From: Eledone cirrhosa
Lineage: Eukaryota
Assembly (NCBI GenBank): GCA_964016885.1
Contig: OZ024741.1
Location: 127,844,001-127,908,000, forward strand
DNA length: 64,000 nt
Direction: 5' to 3'
Below the pieces are notes generated by a model. That model searched no databases. It had not been told where the DNA came from and saw only the letters and a list, made by a program, of their open reading frames with translations. Shown in pieces: positions 56,101 through 64,000 of the stretch. The position numbers were made by a program, and so were the translations under genes. How positions within the stretch are numbered: the stretch's first letter is position 1; every line of letters starts with the position of its first letter.

Positions 56101-59100
56101 AACACTAACCCTAACCCTATACCTAACCCTCACCCCAAATAATAATAACCCTAACCGAAACCCTAACCCTAACCCTAACCCTAACTAACCCTAACATTAA
56201 CCCTAACCCTAACTAACCTTAACCATAACCGTAACTAACCCTAACGCTGACTAACACTAACCCTAACCCTAACCCTAACCCTAACTAACACTAACGCTAA
56301 CCCTAACCGTAACACTTAACCTAACCCTAACTAACACTAATCCTAACCCTAACCCTAACTAAATCTAACCGTAAATCTAACCCTAACCCTAACCCTAACC
56401 CTAACTAAATCTAACCGTAAATCTAACCCTAACCCTAACCCTAACCCTAACCCTAACCCTACCCTAACCCTACCCGTAACTAAACCTAACACTGACCCTA
56501 ACCCAAACTAGACCTAACCCTAACCCTAACCCAAACTAACACTAACACTAACCCTAACCCTAACCCAAACCCTAACTAAACCTAATCCTAACCCTAAACC
56601 TAACTAACCCTAACCCTAACGCTAACCCTAATTCTAACCCAAACTAACAGTAATCATAAGCCTAACCCTAACCCAAACTAACCCTAACCTAAAGCTAACC
56701 CTAACCCTAACCCTAAGCCAAACTAACACTAACCCTAACTCTAACCCTAACCTTAACTAACCCAAACCCTAACCCTAACCCTAAACCTAACCCTAACCCT
56801 AACCCTAACTCTAACTAACCCTTAGACTAACCCTAACACTAACCCTAACCCTAACCCAACTAAACCTAACCCTAACTCTGAGTAACACTATCCCTAACGC
56901 TAACCCTCACCCTAACTATCCCTAAACCTAACCCTCACACTAAACCTAACCTTAATCCTACCCTAACTAACCCTAACCGTAACCCTAATTCTAACCCTAA
57001 CCCTAACCCTAACCCTAACACTAACTCTAACCCAAACTAACCCTAACCTAAAGCTAACCCTAACCCTAACCCTAAGCCTAACTAACCATAACCCTAACCC
57101 TAACCGTAACTAAACCTAATCGTAACCCTAACCCTAACTAAGCCAAACACTAACCCTAACCCTAACCCTAACCCTAACCCTAAACCTAACCCTAACTCTA
57201 ACTAACCCTAACGCTAAACCATAACCCTAACTAACCCTAACTAACCCTAAACATAAACCTAACCTTAAACCTAACCCTAACTAACACTAACCCTAACCCT
57301 ATACCTAACCCTAATCCTAACTAATAATAACCCTAACCGAAACCCTAACCCTAACGCTAACCCTAACCCTAACTAACCCTACCCCTAACCCTCACCCTAA
57401 ACCTAGCCCTAATCCTACCCTAACTAACCCTAACCGTAACTCTAACCCTAACCCTAACTCTAACGCTAACCCTAAACCTAACTAACCCTAACCCTAACGC
57501 TAACCCTAACCCAAACCCTACATAACACTAAACTTAACACTAACTCTAACCAAAACTAACCCTAACCAAAAGCTAACCCTAACCCTAACCCTAACCCTAA
57601 CCCTAACCCTAACTCTAGCTAACCCTAACCCTAACCTTAAACCTAACTAACCCTAACCCTAACCCTAACTAACCCTAACCCTAGAGCTATCCATAACCCT
57701 AACCCTAGCCTAACCAACACTAACCATAAATCTAACCCTAACCTAACCCTAACTAACACTATCCCCAAACCTAACCCTTAGTCTAACTAACCATAACCCT
57801 AACTAACCCTAATCCGAACGCAAACCCTTACCCTACCCTAACTAACGCTAACCTTAAACCTAACCCTAACTAATCCTAACCCTAACTAACCCTAATCCTA
57901 AGCCTAATTAACCCTAACCCTAACCCCAACCCCAACCCCAACACCAAACCCAACCCAACCGTAACCCTAAATCAAACACTAACCCTAACCCTAACCCTAA
58001 CCCTAAACCTAACTAAAACTAACCCGAACCCTAACCCTAACGCTAACCCTAACTAACACTAACCCTAACCCTATCTGAACCATAAACCTAACTAGCACTA
58101 ACCCTAACCCTAACTCTAACACTAACCCTAACTAACTAACCCTAACGCTAACCCTAACGCTAACCCTAACCAATACCCTAACCCTAACCCTAACCCTAAC
58201 CCTAACCCTAACCCTAACCCTAACTAAACCTAACCCTAACTCTCACTAACACTAACCCTAACGCTAACCCTAACCAACCCTAAACCTAACCCTAACTCTA
58301 AGCCTAACCCTAATCCTACCCTAACTAACCCTAACCGTAACCCTAACTCTAAACCTAACCCTAACTAACACAAACCCTAACTCTAACCCCAACCCTAACC
58401 CTAACCGTAACTAAACCTAACCCTGACCCTAACTGAAACTAACCCTAACCCTAACACAAACTAACCCTAAACCTAACCCTAAATCTAACCCTAACCCTAA
58501 CACTAACCCTAACCCTAACACTAACCCTAACCCTAACTAAACCTAACCCTAACCGTAACTAACTCTAACCCTAACCCTGAATAACCCTGACTAACCCTGA
58601 CCCTAACCCTAACCCGAACCCTAACCCTAACTAACCATAACCCTAACTAACACTGACCGAAACCCTAACCCTAACCCTAACTAACCCTGACCCTAACTAA
58701 CCCTAACCCTAACACTAACTAACCCTAGCCCTAACCCTAACTAAAACTAACCCTGACCCTAACCCTAACGCTAACCCTAACTAACCCTAACCCAAACCAT
58801 AACTAACCCTAACCCTAACACTAACCCTAACCCTAACCCTAACTTACCCTAGCCCTAACCCTAAAACTAAACCTAACCCTAACAGTAACTAACCCTAACC
58901 TTAACGCTAACCCTAACCCAAACAAACACTAAAGCTAACCCTAACCCTAACCATAAATAACCCTAAACGTAACCCTAACTCTAACTAAACGTAACGCTAA
59001 CCCTACCCCTAACCCTATTTAAACTAACCCTAACACTATCTCTAACCCTAACCCTAACTAATCATAACCCTAACCCTAACTAACCCTAACTCGAACCCTA

Positions 59101-62100
59101 ACCCTAACCCTAACTAACCCTAACACTAGCCCTAACCCTAACCCTAACTAAAACTAACCCTAACCGTAACTAACTGTAACCCTAACCCTGACTAAAACTA
59201 ACCCTAACCCTAACCTTAACTAACACTAACCCTAACCCTAACCCTAACACTAACCCTAAACCTAACCCTATGTCTAACGCTAACCCTAACTAATCATAAC
59301 CCTAACACTAACTAACCCTAACCCGAACCCTATCCCTAACTCAAACTAACCCTAACACTAATCCTAACCCTAACCCTAACCGTAACTAACTCTAACCCAA
59401 ACCCTGACTAACACTAACTCTAACCCTAACCTTAAGTAACACTAAACCTAACCCTAACCCTAACGCTAACGCTAACCCTAACCCTAACTAAACCTAACCC
59501 TAACCGTAACTAACCCTAACGCTAACTCTGACTAACCCTGACTAATCCTGACCCTAACCCTAACCCGAACGCTAACCCTAACCAATCATAACCCTAACTA
59601 GCACTGACCGTAACCCTAACCCTAACCCTAACAAACCCTAACCCTAACCTTAACTAGCCCTAGCCCTAACCCTAACTAACACTAACTCTGACCCTAACCC
59701 TAACGCTAACCCTAACCCTATGTAACACTAAACCTAACCCTAACCCTAACTAACACTAACCCTAACCTTATCTATAACCATAACCCTAACTAATCATAAC
59801 CCTAACCCTAACTAACCCTAACACTAGCCATAATCCTAACCCTAACTAACACTAACCCTAACCGTAACTAACTGTAACCCTAACCCTGACTAACACTAAC
59901 CCGGACACTAACCCTAACGCTAACCCTAACTAACCCTAACCCTAATCCTAACTAACCCTAACCCTAACCCTAACTAACCCTAGCCCTAACCCTAACTAAA
60001 ACTAACTCTGACCCTAACCCTAACGCTAAACCTAACCCTATGTAACAATAAACGTAACCCTAACCCTAACTAACACTAACCCTAACCCTATCTATAACCA
60101 TAACCCTAACTAATCATAACCCTAACCCTAACTAACCCTAACACTAGCCATAATCCTAACCCTAACTAACACAAACCATAACCGTAACTAACTGTAACCC
60201 TAAACCTGACTAACACTAACCCTAACCCTAACCGTAAATAACTCTAACCCTAACCCTGACTAACCCTGACCCAAACCCTAACCCGAACCCTAACCCTAAC
60301 TAACCATAACCCTAACTAGCACTAACCCTAACCCTAACTAACCCTAACCATAACCCTAACTAACCGTAACCTAAAGCTAACCCTAACCCTAGCCCTAACT
60401 AACACTAACCCTAACCGTAACTAAACCTAACCCTAACCCTAACTAACACTAACCCGGACACTAACCCTAACGCTAACCCTAACTAACCCTAACCCTAATC
60501 CTAACAAACCCTAACCCTAACCCTAACTAGCACTAACCCTAACTCTAACCCTAACCCTAACCCTAACCCTAACTAACCCTAACCCTAACCCAAACCCTAA
60601 CCCTAACCCTAACCCTACCTAACCCTAACTCTAACCCTAACCCTAACTAACACTAACCATAACCCTAACCCTAACCCTAACTAACACTAACCCTAACCCT
60701 AAACCTAACCTTAACAAACCCTAACCCTAACCCTTACTAACACTAACCCTAACCCTTACCCTAACCCTAACTAACCCTAGCCCTAACCCTAAAACTAAAC
60801 CTAACGCTAACCCTACCCTAACTAACCCTAACCGTGTACCCTAATCCTAACCCTAACTAACACAAAACCTAACCCTAACAGTAACTAGCCCTAACCTTAA
60901 CCCTAACCCTAACCCTAACCCTAAGTAACCCTAACCGTAACTAACTCTAACCCTAACCCTGACTAATCCTAACCGAAACGCTAACCCTAACCCTAACCCT
61001 AATCCTAACTAACCCTAACCCTAACCCTATCTCTAACCCTAACCCTAACTAATCATAACCCTAACCCTAACTAACCCTAACCCGAACCCTATCCCTAACC
61101 CAAACTAACCCTAACACTAACCCTAACCCTAACCCTAACTAACCCTAACCCTAACCGTAACTAACTCTAGACCTAACCCTGACTAACACAAACCCTAACC
61201 CTAACCTTAACTAACACTAACCCTAATCCTAACCCCAACCCTAACCCTAATCCTGACCCTAACCCTAACCCGAACCCTGACCCTAACTAACCATAACCCT
61301 AACTCGCACTACCCTAACCTTAACCCTAACTAACCCTAGCCCTAACCCTAACTAACACTAACCCTGACCCTAACCCTAACGCTAACCCTAACTAACCCAA
61401 ACCCAAATCCTAACTAACCCTAACCCTAACCCTAACTAGCACTAACCCTAACCCTAACCATAACCCTAACTAACCCTAACCCTAACCCAAACCGTAACCC
61501 TAAACCTAACCCTACCTAACGCTAACTCTAACCCTAACCCTAACCCTAACTAACACTAAACATAACCCTAACCCTAACCCTAACTAACCCTAGCCATAAC
61601 CCTAACACTAACCCTCACTAACACTAACCCTAACCCTAACCCTAACCCTAACCTGTAACTAACGTTAACCCAAACCCTAACTAACCCTAACCGTGTACCC
61701 TAACCCTAAAACTAACTTACCCTAGCCCTAACCCTAAAACTAAACCTAACCCTAACAGTAACTAACCCTAACCTTAACGCTAACCCTAACCCAAACTAAC
61801 ACTAAAGCTAACCCTAACCCTAACCCTAAGTAACCCTAAACGTAACCCTAACTCTAACTAACCGTAACGCTAACCCTACCCCTAACCCTAACTAACACTA
61901 ACCCTAACCCTAACTAACCCTAACCCTAACCCTATCTCTAACACTAACTCTAACTAATCATAACCCTAACCCTAAATAACCCTAACCCGAACCCTATCCC
62001 TAACCCAAACTAACCCTAACCCTAACCCTAACACTAACCCTAACCCTAACCCTAACCCTAAAACTAACTTACCCTAGCCCTAACCCTAAAACTAAACCTA

Positions 62101-64000
62101 ACCCTAACAGTAACTAACCCTAACCTTAACGCTAACCCTAACCCAAACTAACACTAAAGCTAACCCTAACCCTAAGTAACCATAAACGTAACCCTAACTC
62201 TAACTAACCGTAACGCTAACCCAACCCCTAACCCTAACTAACACTAACCCTAACCCTAACTAACCCTAACCCTAACCCTATCTCTAACACTAACCCTAAC
62301 TAATCATAACCCTAACCCTAACTAACCGTAACCCGAACCCTAACCGGAACTAACTCTAACCCTAACACTGACTAACACTAACCCTAACCCTAACCCTAAC
62401 TAAACCTAACCCTAACCGTAACTAACTCTAAACCTAACCCTGACTAACCCTGACTAACCCTGACCCTAACCCTAACCCGAACCCTAACTCTAACTAACCA
62501 TAACCCTAACTAGCACTGACCGTAACCCTAACCCTAACCCTAACTAACCCTAACCCTAACCCTAATTAACCCTAGCCCTAACCCTCACTAACACTAACCC
62601 TGACCCTAACCCTAACCCTAACCCTAACTAACCCTAACCCAAACCCTAACTAACCCTAACCATAACCCTAACTAGCACTAACCCTAACTCTAACCCTAAC
62701 CTTAACCCTAACTAACCCTAACCCTAACCCAAACACCAACCCTTAACCTAACCCTACCTAATCCTAACTCTAACCCTAACCCTAACTAACACTAAACATA
62801 ACCCTAACCCTAACCCTAACTAACCCTAACCATAACCCTAATCCTAACCCTCACTAACACTAACCCTAACCCTAACACTAACCTGTAGCTAACGTTAACC
62901 CAAACCCTAACTAACCCTAACCCTACCCCTAACTAACCCTAACCTAAAGCTAACCCTAACCCTAACCCTAACCCTAACCCTAACCCTAACCCTAACCCTA
63001 ACCCTAACCCTAACCCTAAACCTAACTAACCCTAACCCTAACCCTAATCCTAACCCTAACCCTAACTAACACTAACCCTAAACTTAACTGTAACTAACCC
63101 TAACCGTAATCTTAACTAACAATAACCATAACCATAACCATAACTATAACCATAACCCTAACCTTAACCCTAACCTTAAACGTAACCTTAACCCTAACCT
63201 TAACTAACCCTAATCCTAACCCTAACCCTAAACATAACCTTAACTAACCGTAACCCAAACCTTAACTAACCCTAACCCTAACCCTAACCCTAACCCTAAC
63301 CTTACCTAACCCAAACCCTAAACCTAACCCTAACTGTAACTAACCCTAAATCTAACTGATACTAACCCTAACCCTAAACATAAATAACACTAACCCTAGC
63401 CTTAAGTCTAAGCCTAACAAACCCTAACCCTAACTAAGACTAACCCTAACCCTAACCCTAACCCTAACTAACACTAACCCTAACCCTAACTCTAACCCTA
63501 ACCTTAACTAACCCTAACCTTAACCCAAACCCTAACTCTAACTAAACCTAACCCTAACCCTAACCCTAATTAACCCTAACCCTAACACTAAACCTTACTA
63601 ACCCTAACCAGAACCCTAACCCTAACCCTAACTAACACTAACCCTAACCCTAACCCTAACCTGTAACTAACCCTAACCCTAACCTTAACTAACACTAACC
63701 CTAACCCTAACCAGCCCTAGCCCTAACCCTAAAACTAAAACTAAACCTAACGCTAACCCTGCCCTAACTAACCCTAACCGTGTAGCCTAATCATAACCCT
63801 AACTAACACAAAACCTAACACTAACCCTAACAGTAACTAACCCTAACGTTAACCCTAACCCTAACCTCAACCCTAACCCTAACCTTAAGCCTAACCCTAA
63901 CCTTAACACTAACCCAAACTAACAATAACCCTAACCCTAACCCTAACCAACCGTAACGCTAACTATACCCCTAACCCTAACTAACACTAACCCTAACCCT
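53199..64000. repeat. Degenerate telomere-like array (CCCTAA)n with frequent CTAA tetramers and CACTAA/CGCTAA/CCGTAA variants
   Basis: Directly visible to window end; pure runs are short (longest ~62951-63018). Confidence 0.95.

Noticed and set aside
53199-64000. Functional terminal telomere or telomere-attached Athena-like retroelement
   Set aside because: Wrong strand polarity, heavy degeneracy, and no endonuclease-less RT ORF at the junction.

Overview
Eukaryotic, AT-rich, gene-free repeat region. It is probably molluscan/cephalopod, inferred from the Nin/Deu-domain tRNA-SINEs, dense (TA)n/(CA)n tracts and TTAGGG-type repeats. No intact host gene is supported. Left part (1-23.3 kb) and 37.4-53.2 kb: nested mobile elements mostly landing in (TA)n. 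These include several families of Penelope-like elements (RT + C-terminal GIY-YIG, pLTRs with minimal hammerhead ribozymes, frequent inverted/fold-back arms), a non-autonomous LTR element with 553-bp LTRs, L1/Tx1 and RTE LINE remnants, two non-autonomous Helitrons, a DD37D (maT) transposase remnant and SINEs. Middle (23319-37370): a ~14-kb array of ~305 copies of a 46-bp monomer that grows directly out of the A-box region of a SINE head. Right end (53199-64000): a ~10.8-kb degenerate (CCCTAA)n array punctuated by CTAA tetramers, oriented opposite to a terminal telomere. Most interesting: (i) a recurrent Penelope pLTR hairpin architecture whose fold-back points sit in hammerhead elements, (ii) a Pol III tRNA-like cassette bounded by Penelope termini, (iii) the SINE-born satellite, (iv) the inverted telomere-like array with a template-misalignment-like signature. 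All calls are by eye; no database searches were run.
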